Part shown: positions 36,373 through 45,867 of the stretch, piece after piece
How positions within the stretch are numbered: the first letter of the stretch is position 1
Layout: the number at the start of each line of letters is the position of its first letter
Assembly: GCA_902783595.1 (NCBI GenBank)
Contig: CACZRR010000025.1
Location: 1,999 to 65,998 of the forward strand
Source: an uncultured Bacteroidota bacterium
Lineage (GTDB): Bacteria; Bacteroidota; Bacteroidia; Bacteroidales; P3
Length of the DNA: 64,000 bases
Direction of reading: 5' to 3'
Program-made: the position numbers and the translations under genes
The notes under the pieces: generated by a model
Told to the model about the DNA's origin: nothing
Seen by the model: the letters and a program-made list of their open reading frames with translations, nothing else
Databases searched by the model: none

Positions 36373-36398
36373 AAATAGACATTTTCCTATGTCTATTT
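36373..36398 (-). promoter_or_regulatory. Perfect 10-bp hairpin in the rplU 5' leader
   Basis: AAATAGACAT / ATGTCTATTT with a 6-nt loop, located between the -7 box (36406-36413) and the rplU ATG (36337). Confidence 0.5.
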
Positions 36399-36405
36399 GG
36401 AGTTG

Positions 36406-36413
36406 CAAAGATA
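36406..36413 (-). promoter_or_regulatory. -7 promoter box TATCTTTG (minus strand) for rplU-rpmA
   Basis: The reverse complement of CAAAGATA matches TAnnTTTG, 68 nt upstream of the rplU ATG. Confidence 0.55.
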
Positions 36414-36446
36414 CAACCTTTTTCCAAACCACCAAAATATTTTTTT

Positions 36447-37427
36447 CTATTTCACTCTCTCTATCAGCTCCCGCGAGGATGCCACCGCTCCAACACCCCC
36501 ATATATTCCTAAGGTATCAGGACAAAAACTGAAACTGCTCTTGGCAACGCCGGCAAAGATACCAAGGGCACCATTCACATTGCCTCGCACCTGACCCTGC
36601 TCCGAAAAGAAAGAGGAGGTACCGCGCTGCCTTGATGCATCAATAATGTAACGCAGGCGCGCAGGCGTAACCGAGCGCAGGCTGACAGTATACTCATGTT
36701 TGAATGGTGCTATCTCGGTAGTATCAATAATATGAAGTATCTGCATCTTGACAGGATAGGTCCTGCCATCAATCCTGCTATCGTTAAAATAATTGTGCGT
36801 ATAGAAGAAACCAAAGGCAGCGTTGACATACGAGGCATCACCAGTGATCTCGTCATTGTCTGTGAGGGCGAAATAGACACTGCGCGTGGTGTCGACATGG
36901 TCAATACGGTGTTCTCTGTGGTTGCGGCGGGCCCCACTGTCACGCACCTCTACAACGAGCGTATAATACTCCGCCTCTCCTCCGTGGTCCTCAAAAGCAA
37001 AAGAGGCATTGTAAAAACGAAAGGCCTGACCACCCGTGTCGGCCAAGAGACTGATGTTGCTGAGGGTGGGCACGCGCGGCACATAGGTGCGCGCCGTCAA
37101 GGTACCATACGGAGTGATCCCCTCCAGACGCAGGCTGTCTCCCTCCTGTGGCTCATAGGCGTAATGGTAGCGGCAACGCACTATACTATCAAGCGCCAAC
37201 GGCACATCGTTGGCATAAACCGTCAGACTAGCATCAGCAAGGGGCTGGTTGTTATTGGTATCAAGAAAGAAACGCGTATGGGCAAAATAGACAAACAGGG
37301 GCTCCCCAACTGTTGGTATGGCGTTAACAACAGGCAATTCCTTCGAAGGATCGTTGTTTATATCAACAACCTTCTCGCACCCAACAAACAGCACCGCAGC
37401 AACAATAATCATCAATATCCTTTCCAT
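36447..37427 (-). CDS. DUF4249-like lipoprotein (partner of the upstream TonB-dependent receptor)
   Basis: 326 aa from the ATG at 37427. Lipobox (AAVLFVGC). Sits immediately downstream of the TonB-dependent receptor, as DUF4249 genes typically do. Family assignment is from memory. Confidence 0.7.
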   Translation of the reverse strand: MERILMIIVAAVLFVGCEKVVDINNDPSKELPVVNAIPTVGEPLFVYFAHTRFFLDTNNNQPLADASLTVYANDVPLALDSIVRCRYHYAYEPQEGDSLRLEGITPYGTLTARTYVPRVPTLSNISLLADTGGQAFRFYNASFAFEDHGGEAEYYTLVVEVRDSGARRNHREHRIDHVDTTRSVYFALTDNDEITGDASYVNAAFGFFYTHNYFNDSRIDGRTYPVKMQILHIIDTTEIAPFKHEYTVSLRSVTPARLRYIIDASRQRGTSSFFSEQGQVRGNVNGALGIFAGVAKSSFSFCPDTLGIYGGVGAVASSRELIERVK

Positions 37428-37459
37428 ATCCTCTAAATCTTCTAATAAAACCAAAACCT

Positions 37460-39904
37460 CTAAAAATATAAAGTATATGCCACCGATGGCAGTATCGGAA
37501 AGAGCGACAACTGCACCAGCGCCGACGGATAATGGGCGTAGGTGTCGCGACTCGACCGGTAAAGCATGTAGGGATTCTGTCGGTTGTAAACATTGTAGAT
37601 ACTAACGTTGATACATCGCCGCGCACGCTTGAATTTCTTATGAAAGTTAACACCTACGTCAAGTCTGTGATAGTCGGGCATCCGGTAGTTGTTCCTTCCT
37701 TCTATGTAGTTCACCGCACCACGACGGCCCATGTGGTCGTAGTCGTCAGACTCTTCCTGTGCTATGGGGTAGCTCTGTGTGGCTAGGGATGCAGCATTGC
37801 CACTGGAATAAACCCACGTAACATTGAAATCCACACGCTCGCTCAGCTTGTAGTTGAGCACCACAGAGAGGTCGTGGCGACGGTCATATTTGGCGGGGAA
37901 GGGCTCTCCATTGTTGAGCTCTTGTCCCTTGCGGTCAAAGAGACGCATGGTGCGGCTCCACGTGTAGCCCACCCACCCTGTGAGACGTCCCACCTCGCGC
38001 TGCACCAATATTTCCACACCGTAACTCCACCCCCTGCCCATGCAGACAAGATTCTCCCAGGCGTCATACGACCCAAGCAGCGTGGCACCGTCACGATATT
38101 CTAGCAAGTTGTCCATGTGCTTGTAATACACCTCAGCAGAGAAGTCGGCTATACCACTCAAACTGTAAGACACACCACCGGCAACCTGATGACTGCGCAT
38201 GGGCAACACACGTCGCGTAACGGGCATCCACAAATCGGTGGGCAGGGTGACACTGGTGGTGGAAAGTAGGTGCACATACTGCGTCATGGCGGCATATCCC
38301 ACCTTGACGGAAAGGTCGGGGGTGAGCAACAGTCGCGCCGAGAGACGCGGCTGCAGCGATGGATAAACGGTATCGCTCAACCGGAAGCACGACAGATGCA
38401 GGCCATAGTTGACCTTCAAGGCGTCACTGACGGACCAATCATCCTCACCAAATAGGGTGAAGGTGTTGGCCATAACCATGGATGAGCCGATGTCAAGGGT
38501 GTGGTGCAACGTGTCGTTCATCAGCAGCGAGTCGAAGTAGTCGATGCTGGCAGTGGCCACCTCGGGACTAAACCAGTGTCGAGTGACACCACCACCGAAA
38601 CGCACACTGTGCTCCGGCGACGGAGTGTAGTCGAAGTCGGCACGCAGGCTCCCCTCTCGGATACCAGAGGTGTAGTCTCCCTCGATGGTCGAAGCATTGT
38701 GATCACCAGCAGTGGGCTGCTTGGCAACGCTGCCGACAATGACGTTGCGGTAGCGCGAAAAGGAGCCCGTAACATTGAGGAAGAGTTTCGGACTCATAGC
38801 ATAGTTCCACCGCAGCGAGGCAACAATATTGCCCCACAACGACGAGAAACCCAGATCCACATCTTCGTCGTCGGCATTGACGGTATGGATGGCACCATGC
38901 AGCTTGTCGTCGCCCATATAGAAGCTGGCATGCAGACGACTACGGTCACTGAATTTGTGCGTGACACGGGCATTGAAATCGTAAAAGTAGTATCCCGCAT
39001 CGTAGTCGGCAGCGTCAGTTCCACCGTCCGACGTCGAAGTACCCGCCAAGCTGTTTTTATTGAGAGACAAAGCCAAAGGAATGATAAAGAGCTCTGCGTA
39101 TGTACGGCGGAAGGAAAAGCTGAAGGTGGTACGCTCCCTTACGATAGGACCCTCTAAATTGCATTTGGCAGAGATAAGGCCTACGCTAAGATTGCCGTGC
39201 AACTCTTTGTCGTTGCCGTTGTTCTGTGTAACGTCGAGCACTGCACTGAGCCTTCCGCCAAAACGCGCAGGAAAGCTGCCCTTGTACAGGGTGACGTTCT
39301 TGACAGCGTCGGTGTTGAAGGCCGAGAAGAAGCCGCCAAGATGGGTGACGTTATACAGCGGCACTCCATCCAATAGGAAAAGGTTCTCGTCAGGCCCTCC
39401 TCCTCGCACATACATGCCACTTCCACCTTCACTGCCGCTCTGCACTCCGGGAAGCAATTGCAAGGCTTTGATGAGGTCGGCTTCTCCGAAAAGGACAGGC
39501 ACCGAACGGATTTTCTCCATGGTGACCTGCACGGCACTCATCTGCGACGAACGCAGGTCACCTGGTCGCTCGGCGGTGATGGTGACCTCTTGAAGCAGCA
39601 ACGACGGCACCAGGCTCACATGCACCTCATGGCTGCGATCCATCAGCAACCTCACCTCCTGTGGCTCGTATCCCACGAAGCTCACCCTCAGTGTCACACT
39701 GTCTCTCGGGAGCGTCAAGGAGTAGTGACCAGCCATGTTGCTGACAGCACCTTTACCACTGCGCATATCCACCACCGTGGCACCGATCAAGGTCTCGCCA
39801 CTGCGTGCATCGGTAATGGTACCACTCACCGTGGCCGTCTGCCCACACAACATCAATGGCATCAAGATCAACGCCAACGCAATAATGAACGACCTACACC
39901 TCAT
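37460..39904 (-). CDS. TonB-dependent receptor with N-terminal carboxypeptidase-regulatory-like domain
   Basis: 814 aa. Signal peptide. CarbopepD_reg-like block (VSGTITDARSGETLIGATV), a plug region and a beta-barrel ending in an aromatic residue (YTLYF). Confidence 0.9.
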   Translation of the reverse strand: MRCRSFIIALALILMPLMLCGQTATVSGTITDARSGETLIGATVVDMRSGKGAVSNMAGHYSLTLPRDSVTLRVSFVGYEPQEVRLLMDRSHEVHVSLVPSLLLQEVTITAERPGDLRSSQMSAVQVTMEKIRSVPVLFGEADLIKALQLLPGVQSGSEGGSGMYVRGGGPDENLFLLDGVPLYNVTHLGGFFSAFNTDAVKNVTLYKGSFPARFGGRLSAVLDVTQNNGNDKELHGNLSVGLISAKCNLEGPIVRERTTFSFSFRRTYAELFIIPLALSLNKNSLAGTSTSDGGTDAADYDAGYYFYDFNARVTHKFSDRSRLHASFYMGDDKLHGAIHTVNADDEDVDLGFSSLWGNIVASLRWNYAMSPKLFLNVTGSFSRYRNVIVGSVAKQPTAGDHNASTIEGDYTSGIREGSLRADFDYTPSPEHSVRFGGGVTRHWFSPEVATASIDYFDSLLMNDTLHHTLDIGSSMVMANTFTLFGEDDWSVSDALKVNYGLHLSCFRLSDTVYPSLQPRLSARLLLTPDLSVKVGYAAMTQYVHLLSTTSVTLPTDLWMPVTRRVLPMRSHQVAGGVSYSLSGIADFSAEVYYKHMDNLLEYRDGATLLGSYDAWENLVCMGRGWSYGVEILVQREVGRLTGWVGYTWSRTMRLFDRKGQELNNGEPFPAKYDRRHDLSVVLNYKLSERVDFNVTWVYSSGNAASLATQSYPIAQEESDDYDHMGRRGAVNYIEGRNNYRMPDYHRLDVGVNFHKKFKRARRCINVSIYNVYNRQNPYMLYRSSRDTYAHYPSALVQLSLFPILPSVAYTLYF

Positions 39905-40391
39905 GCAGCATCTCCTCCACGGTCTTCCCCAACACTGGATGCCGAAATCCAGGCGCTATCTCCGCCAACGGCTCCAACACGAAACGGCGCAGGTGCATAC
40001 GCGGATGCGGCAGAGTGAGCTCAGGGGTATCCGTCACAACATCATCATAAAAGATCAAATCTATGTCCATCGGGCGCCCAGAGTAGATTCTTGAAGCACC
40101 ACTAGGGATACTAGAAATGCTATCGCCTTCTGGCCTCACCCTTCCCAGCTCCGCCTCGATAGCCAACGCAGCACGCAGCACCTGCCAAGGTGAAAAGGTG
40201 GTCTCCACCAACAGCGCACGGTTGAGAAAATTCTTTTGAGGTTTATCAAAGCTACCCCAGGGGGCTGTCTCGTAGAGGCCCGAAGCAAGAACAACCGTGC
40301 CAATACGTTCTTGTATCAGCACGGTTGCCTGTTCTATCAGCTGCTCTCGGTTGCCCTGATTGCCGCCGATAAGGAGGGTTACTCTATTCAT
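39894..40391 (-). CDS. folK: 2-amino-4-hydroxy-6-hydroxymethyldihydropteridine diphosphokinase
   Basis: 165 aa from the ATG at 40391. GGNQGN, YETAPWG, R.DIDLIFY and LTLPHPRMH.R.FVL.PL motifs. Confidence 0.85.
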   Translation of the reverse strand: MNRVTLLIGGNQGNREQLIEQATVLIQERIGTVVLASGLYETAPWGSFDKPQKNFLNRALLVETTFSPWQVLRAALAIEAELGRVRPEGDSISSIPSGASRIYSGRPMDIDLIFYDDVVTDTPELTLPHPRMHLRRFVLEPLAEIAPGFRHPVLGKTVEEMLHEV

Positions 40392-40404
40392 AGAACATAT
40401 TCGT

Positions 40405-41910
40405 TCAGCCGCAGTGGATAAAAGTCTCGACAAGTTCGAGGGTCTTCTGGGCGTCCTTGCCGATGTCGGCACGCAGGGTGCGGTCGTTAAAAGCACGCAA
40501 CTGCTTCAGAATACCGTCAACAAGCTGCGGCGCAAAGATACCATCCTGCTCATACACGGCGCGGTCGCGCTCCAGCAGGTCGGCGCTGGCTGCACAACTG
40601 TCGGGAAGCACATCAAGGCGCGACAGCACGTCCTCATGTTCAAAGATATTGACACTGACATAGCGGTCTTTGGCATACTGCACAGCATCAGCCATCTCAA
40701 AACCACGACGGGCGGCGACAGTCATACCGGCAAGCAGCAGGTATACATTGGCACTGCCGTCGGGAGTGCGCAGCTCGATAGTCTGCTTGTGGCTGAAGTC
40801 CACAGATTCCTTCTTCTCCAAAGGATTGACGACAGCCATCATATTTCCGCTGCCTTTGTTCCACCCCAGCGGAACGCGCACCATGGCGCTACGGTTGCGG
40901 TCGCCCCAGCAAATATTCGTCGGGGCCTCCTGATGCGGCACCAGGCGGAAGTAACTCGTGGGATTGGTGTTACCAAAGGCCGTGAGCGAACCTGCCAGGC
41001 TCAGAATACCAGCCATGGTCTTCATGGCCACATCACTCAATCCGTTCTCCCCGACATACATGTTTTTCCCATTCTGGCTCACACGTGTATGAATGTGCAT
41101 ACCGCTACCGGCCTTACCAACGGTAATCTTCGGCGCAAAGGTAATAGTGATACCATAGCGGTAGCCTAGCTCTCTCATCATCCATTTGGCTATCACCAAC
41201 TGGTCGGCAGCCTGCTCCAGCTTGGTGGGAAGAAACTCTATCTCGTTCTGCTCATACATCAGATCGCCATGCGTGAAGTTACCCACCTCGCTGTGCCCGT
41301 ATTTGATCTCACCTCCCGCAGCGGCAATCATGCGCATGGCCTCGGTGCGAAACTCTTCAAATTTACAGAAGGGCATGCTCACATGGTAGCCATGCTGGTC
41401 CTCAGCCATATACTGCTCCTCTTTGGGGGCTATGGCGTAGTATTCCAACTCGCCCATCACCTCAAAGTCCATACCGCCTGTCGCCTCACGGAAGGCTCGT
41501 GCCGCCTTCTGCAACGTGTATTCGGGAGCCAATGCAAAAGGTTCTCCGTCCTTGTTGAAGAAAGAACACAGCAGGTCTAACGTAGGCACCTCGCTGAAAG
41601 GATCCAGGAAAGCAGTGCGGAAACGCGGAATGACATACAGGTCCGAATTGCCGGCCTCGATGTAGGGAAACAGACTGCTACCGTCGACACGCTCACCGCT
41701 CGTCAGCACCTCGTCAGCATGCGCCAGACTCTGAATGACGAAGTTAAGCGTATGCAACTTGCCGTCATCAGCCATGTAGCGGAAGTTGAGCATCTCTATC
41801 TGGAACTCCTCAATAACCTTGAGGATATCAGCCTTAGTGAATTCGGCCATGGGCTTCTCCAGGAAAGCCACCAATGGATTGGGATTGAATTTCAGTTGTT
41901 CTTGTGTCAT
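40405..41910 (-). CDS. glnA: Glutamine synthetase (about 500-aa Bacteroidota type)
   Basis: 501 aa. GS beta-grasp and catalytic domain blocks (GSGMHIH, NRSAMVRVP). Confidence 0.88.
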   Translation of the reverse strand: MTQEQLKFNPNPLVAFLEKPMAEFTKADILKVIEEFQIEMLNFRYMADDGKLHTLNFVIQSLAHADEVLTSGERVDGSSLFPYIEAGNSDLYVIPRFRTAFLDPFSEVPTLDLLCSFFNKDGEPFALAPEYTLQKAARAFREATGGMDFEVMGELEYYAIAPKEEQYMAEDQHGYHVSMPFCKFEEFRTEAMRMIAAAGGEIKYGHSEVGNFTHGDLMYEQNEIEFLPTKLEQAADQLVIAKWMMRELGYRYGITITFAPKITVGKAGSGMHIHTRVSQNGKNMYVGENGLSDVAMKTMAGILSLAGSLTAFGNTNPTSYFRLVPHQEAPTNICWGDRNRSAMVRVPLGWNKGSGNMMAVVNPLEKKESVDFSHKQTIELRTPDGSANVYLLLAGMTVAARRGFEMADAVQYAKDRYVSVNIFEHEDVLSRLDVLPDSCAASADLLERDRAVYEQDGIFAPQLVDGILKQLRAFNDRTLRADIGKDAQKTLELVETFIHCG

Positions 41911-41964
41911 GATATATATGTGACTTTTATGGTTGTTTTACACATTTTTTTACAACGCCACCCA

Positions 41965-42170
41965 CCCCTTTTTATTGTCCCGCACAAACAAAAAAAAACA
42001 ATACCACCCACCCCTCTAAATTCTCTAAGACTTCTACGACTCGGAAATAAAAAATTGGAAACCAGCACTTTTCAAAACATATAATAGCCCAACACACTGA
42101 TTTACAACATCTCCCGACACCTCTCTCCAAGACCGCTCCATATCCGCTCCCATATCGCTCCCATCTCCTC
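41965..42170 (-). repeat. Dispersed non-coding repeat, copy A (5' leader/promoter region of glnA)
   Basis: Aligns with 58133-58335. Identical blocks include CAACACACTGATTTACAACA, ACCTCTCTCCAAGACCGCTCCATATCCGCTCCCA and CGCTCCCATCTCCTC, and the CCCCTTTTATTGTCCC(C)GCACAAACAAAAAAAAC block is near-identical. A CT-rich tail continues to ~42200. Confidence 0.85.
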
Positions 42171-42285
42171 GCATCTCTTCGCATCTCCCTCCCCCACTCT
42201 TTTTTTTCTCTACCCGACATACTAAATCGCACCCCCCATCGTTGACCTATAATTATTTTAATACCCACTCAATACCCCTACTATT

Positions 42286-43674
42286 ATGTTTAGCAAAGAA
42301 ACCTATATCGCCCGTCGCGAGCAGCTCCGCAAGGACATCAGCCACGGCATCATCATCATCCCCGGCAACCACGAAGCACCCTGCAACTACAAGGACAACA
42401 CTTACTGGTTCCGCCAAGATAGCACATTCCTCTACTTTTTTGGCCTGCAGCGTGAAGACCTCGTGGGCGTCATCGACTGCGACAGCGGAAAAGACTACCT
42501 CTTCGGCAACGACTACGACATCGACGACATCATCTGGACAGGCCCCCTGCCCTCCGTCAAAGAACTCGCCGCTAGCGTCGGCATCGACAACAGCGGATCC
42601 ATCGCCGAACTCCATAAATACCTCAACGCCAAACGCCCCACTTCCGCCTTACCTCATTACCTACCGCCCTACCGCGCCGACATACGCGCCGACATCAGCG
42701 AAATGCTCGGCGTCACCTACTCCGCCGTAAACCGCCACGCCTCACTCGATCTCATACTGGCATGCGTGAAACAACGCGCCGTAAAGAGCGCAGAAGAAAT
42801 AGAGGAAATCGAGAAAGCAATAGCCACGGCCTACAACATGCACGTCGGCGCCATGAAGATGGCCATGCCAGGTCGCTACGAATACGAACTTGCCGGATTC
42901 ATGGAGGGCGAAGCATGGAAAGGTAACGGCCCCGTCTCCTTCCCCGTCATCATGACAACACACGGCGAGACACTCCACAACCACGGCCACAACAACAAAC
43001 TGGAGGTGGGTCGCATGCTAGTGATGGATGCCGGATGCGAAACTCCCATGAACTATTGCTCCGATATCACACGCTCCGTTCCCGTGGGAGGACGCTTCAA
43101 TGAGCGTCAACGCACCATATACGAAATAGTGCTCAGCGCACAACTCGAGGCAGCACGCGTCACTCGCCCCGGCATCACTTACAAGGAGGTCCACCAGGCT
43201 GCCAGCCGCAAACTGGCAGAAGGATACAAGGAAATTGGCATACTCCGCGGCAACATCGACGACATCGTGGAAGCCGGCGCTCACAGCCTCCTCATGCCTC
43301 ACGGCCTCGGACACATGATGGGTCTCGACGTGCACGACATGGAGAACTACGGCCAGATCAACGTGGGATACGATAACGAAACACGCCCCTCCGAACAGTT
43401 TGGACTCGGTAGCCTCCGTTGCGGACGCCGTCTCCTGCCAGGCTACGTCATCACCGACGAGCCGGGATGTTACTTCATACCCGCTCTTATAGACAAATGG
43501 CACGCCGAAGGCACTTGCAAGGACTTCATCAACTTCGACGAACTGGAAAAATGGAAGGACTTCGGCGGCATACGTATCGAAGACGACGTACTCGTAACCG
43601 AAAAAGGATCTCGCATCCTGGGCAAACCTATCCCCAAGACGGTGAAGGAAATCGAAGAAACCATGGCCTCATAA
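42286..43674 (+). CDS. Xaa-Pro aminopeptidase (M24B family)
   Basis: 462 aa. N-terminal creatinase-like domain and pita-bread catalytic domain (HGLGHMMGLDVHD, EPG.Y, IRIEDDV). Confidence 0.85.
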   Translation: MFSKETYIARREQLRKDISHGIIIIPGNHEAPCNYKDNTYWFRQDSTFLYFFGLQREDLVGVIDCDSGKDYLFGNDYDIDDIIWTGPLPSVKELAASVGIDNSGSIAELHKYLNAKRPTSALPHYLPPYRADIRADISEMLGVTYSAVNRHASLDLILACVKQRAVKSAEEIEEIEKAIATAYNMHVGAMKMAMPGRYEYELAGFMEGEAWKGNGPVSFPVIMTTHGETLHNHGHNNKLEVGRMLVMDAGCETPMNYCSDITRSVPVGGRFNERQRTIYEIVLSAQLEAARVTRPGITYKEVHQAASRKLAEGYKEIGILRGNIDDIVEAGAHSLLMPHGLGHMMGLDVHDMENYGQINVGYDNETRPSEQFGLGSLRCGRRLLPGYVITDEPGCYFIPALIDKWHAEGTCKDFINFDELEKWKDFGGIRIEDDVLVTEKGSRILGKPIPKTVKEIEETMAS

Positions 43675-43686
43675 AAACAAAAAAAA

Positions 43687-45378
43687 ATGAACCAAGTTGA
43701 AATCGTCCTCGCCAACACGGGTGAACGAAAAATGATAGAAGCGGGCACACCGCTATCGCAACTAGCAGAGGAATACACAAAACAGAAGACCGCAGCCAAC
43801 AGCAAGACACCTTGGCCCATCCTCGGCGCACTGGTGAACAACAAGGTGCAACCCCTGCACTACCGCGTGTATACGCCTAAGACTATAGAATTGTTCGACA
43901 TCACGACGAACCAGGGATTCCGCATGTACCGCAACGCTCTCTGCTTCATGCTCTACACTGCCGTGCACGACTGCTATCCCAAGGCGGTGCTACAGTTCGA
44001 CCACTCCATGCAGAACGGCTTCTACTGCCGCATCACGTCGGCGGTGGATGATTTCGTTCTCCCCGATACCATGGAAGTGTGCCGAACCGTGCGCGAACGC
44101 ATGATAGAACTGCAAGAACAGGACATCCCATTCACCACACGCACTATGCTCATCAAAGATGCCATAGAGCTCATCCGTCCCCGACACATGGAGAAAACGC
44201 TCTATATCCTTGAGCACCTACGACAGATATACATCGAGATGAATTTCCTAGGCGATACAGTGCACAAGATCAACGGCAAGCTGGCGCCTAGCACAGGATG
44301 TCTGTCGACTTGGGATTTCCGCACCTTTGAAGATGGCTACCTGCTACTCTGCGCCGATCCTGAACACCCCGACAAACTCTCGATGTTCACAAATACCCCC
44401 AAGCTCTTCGCCATCTTCCAAGAGCACAAGCAGTGGGTAGATCTGATGCACACTCCCACCGTCGGCGACTATAACCGCATAGTACAACAGGGCGGAGGCC
44501 AGCAACTCATACTCCTCGCCGAAGCACTGCACGAGAAAAAATATGCCGAGATCGCCGAACAGGTAAGACAACGGGGTGCACGCATGGTGCTGCTCTCGGG
44601 ACCCAGCAGCAGCGGCAAAACAACGTCATGCCGACGCCTCAGCGTGCAGCTCTCCGTACTCGGTTACGACGTCAACCAACTCTCTCTCGACGACTACTTC
44701 CTCGGTCGCGAACGTACCCCCAAACTGCCAAATGGCGACTACGACTTCGAAAGCGTCGACGCACTCGACATCCCCCTGCTCAACGAGCATCTCGACGCAC
44801 TGGCTCGTGGCGAGGAGGTGAAAATACCTACCTACGATTTTATCAAGGGGGAGCCCTTCTACAGCGGTAAGACGCTAAAACTAGGGCCCCGTAGCATCCT
44901 CGTGGTCGAAGGCATCCATGCCCTCAACCCTCGCCTCACAGCTAGCATCGACGACGCACTGAAATTCAGGGTCTACGTCAACGCACTTACACAACTGGCC
45001 ATCGACGGGCAGAATATCATCCACGGCACCGACAACAGGCTCGTGCGCCGCATCGTGCGCGACAACAACTTCCGCGGATGGAACGCCCACGAGACCCTCA
45101 AGCGCTGGCCCGAGGTGGTGCGTGGCGAACGCAAGCACATATTCCCCTACCAGGAAAACGCCGATGTCATGTTCAACTCTGCCCTACTCTACGAAATCGG
45201 CGTACTGAAACGCTATGCCGAACCCCTGCTCAAGCAGGTGCCAGAGGACAGTCCCGAATATGCCATTGCTTGCCAACTGCTGGGATTCTCCGAGCTGCTC
45301 CTACCCATAGAGGATAGGTTTATCCCCTACAATAGCATCATGCGCGAATTCCTCGGCGGCAGTGTCTTCGAATACTGA
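43687..45378 (+). CDS. Nucleoside (uridine-type) kinase with extended N-terminal domain
   Basis: 563 aa. P-loop (LSGPSSSGKTT) followed by uridine-kinase-like blocks (SLDDYF, VVEGIHALNP). The N-terminal ~280 aa is TGS/ThrRS-like. Confidence 0.7.
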   Translation: MNQVEIVLANTGERKMIEAGTPLSQLAEEYTKQKTAANSKTPWPILGALVNNKVQPLHYRVYTPKTIELFDITTNQGFRMYRNALCFMLYTAVHDCYPKAVLQFDHSMQNGFYCRITSAVDDFVLPDTMEVCRTVRERMIELQEQDIPFTTRTMLIKDAIELIRPRHMEKTLYILEHLRQIYIEMNFLGDTVHKINGKLAPSTGCLSTWDFRTFEDGYLLLCADPEHPDKLSMFTNTPKLFAIFQEHKQWVDLMHTPTVGDYNRIVQQGGGQQLILLAEALHEKKYAEIAEQVRQRGARMVLLSGPSSSGKTTSCRRLSVQLSVLGYDVNQLSLDDYFLGRERTPKLPNGDYDFESVDALDIPLLNEHLDALARGEEVKIPTYDFIKGEPFYSGKTLKLGPRSILVVEGIHALNPRLTASIDDALKFRVYVNALTQLAIDGQNIIHGTDNRLVRRIVRDNNFRGWNAHETLKRWPEVVRGERKHIFPYQENADVMFNSALLYEIGVLKRYAEPLLKQVPEDSPEYAIACQLLGFSELLLPIEDRFIPYNSIMREFLGGSVFEY

Positions 45379-45384
45379 CCACCG

Positions 45385-45867
45385 CTACAGCAAATCGAAA
45401 TCAGGCATTGCACCATCAACGACGATGGATGCCCTGCGGTAGTAGGGTTCACGCTCTCTCATCTGCCTTTCTATACGACGCCGCACCTCATCGGCGCTGA
45501 GGCCTCGCATGGCAGGGCGCGGGTTACGGCTGTCGAGAGCACGTTGCACAAGTTGATCTACCGTCATCTGCAGGTAAACCGCGGTACCATGGGCAAGGAT
45601 GAAATCCATATTGTCACCATAGCATGGTGTCCCTCCTCCGGTAGCTATCACGGCGGAATGCAACGTTGCCGTGGAATGCAGCACCTCGGTTTCCAGACGG
45701 CGGAAAGCCGCCTCTCCAAACCGTGCGAAGCAGTCACGCACAGTGTAGTGGTAACGCTCCTCAAAGGCGTGGTCGAGATCCACGAATGCCATACCACGCT
45801 GCGATGCAAGACGGCGTCCGAAGGTGGTCTTGCCGGAGTACATATAACCTATGAGGTAGATATTCAT
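45385..45867 (-). CDS. aroK: Shikimate kinase
   Basis: 160 aa. GYMYSGKTT P-loop, DLD and ATGGG motifs. Confidence 0.85.
   Translation of the reverse strand: MNIYLIGYMYSGKTTFGRRLASQRGMAFVDLDHAFEERYHYTVRDCFARFGEAAFRRLETEVLHSTATLHSAVIATGGGTPCYGDNMDFILAHGTAVYLQMTVDQLVQRALDSRNPRPAMRGLSADEVRRRIERQMREREPYYRRASIVVDGAMPDFDLL

Noticed and set aside
41972-42268. 98-aa ORF across the glnA-upstream repeat (contains ERYGSGYGAVLERG).
   Set aside because: The homologous copy upstream of sprA has 1-nt indels and no equivalent ORF, so the conservation is at the nucleotide level, not the protein level.
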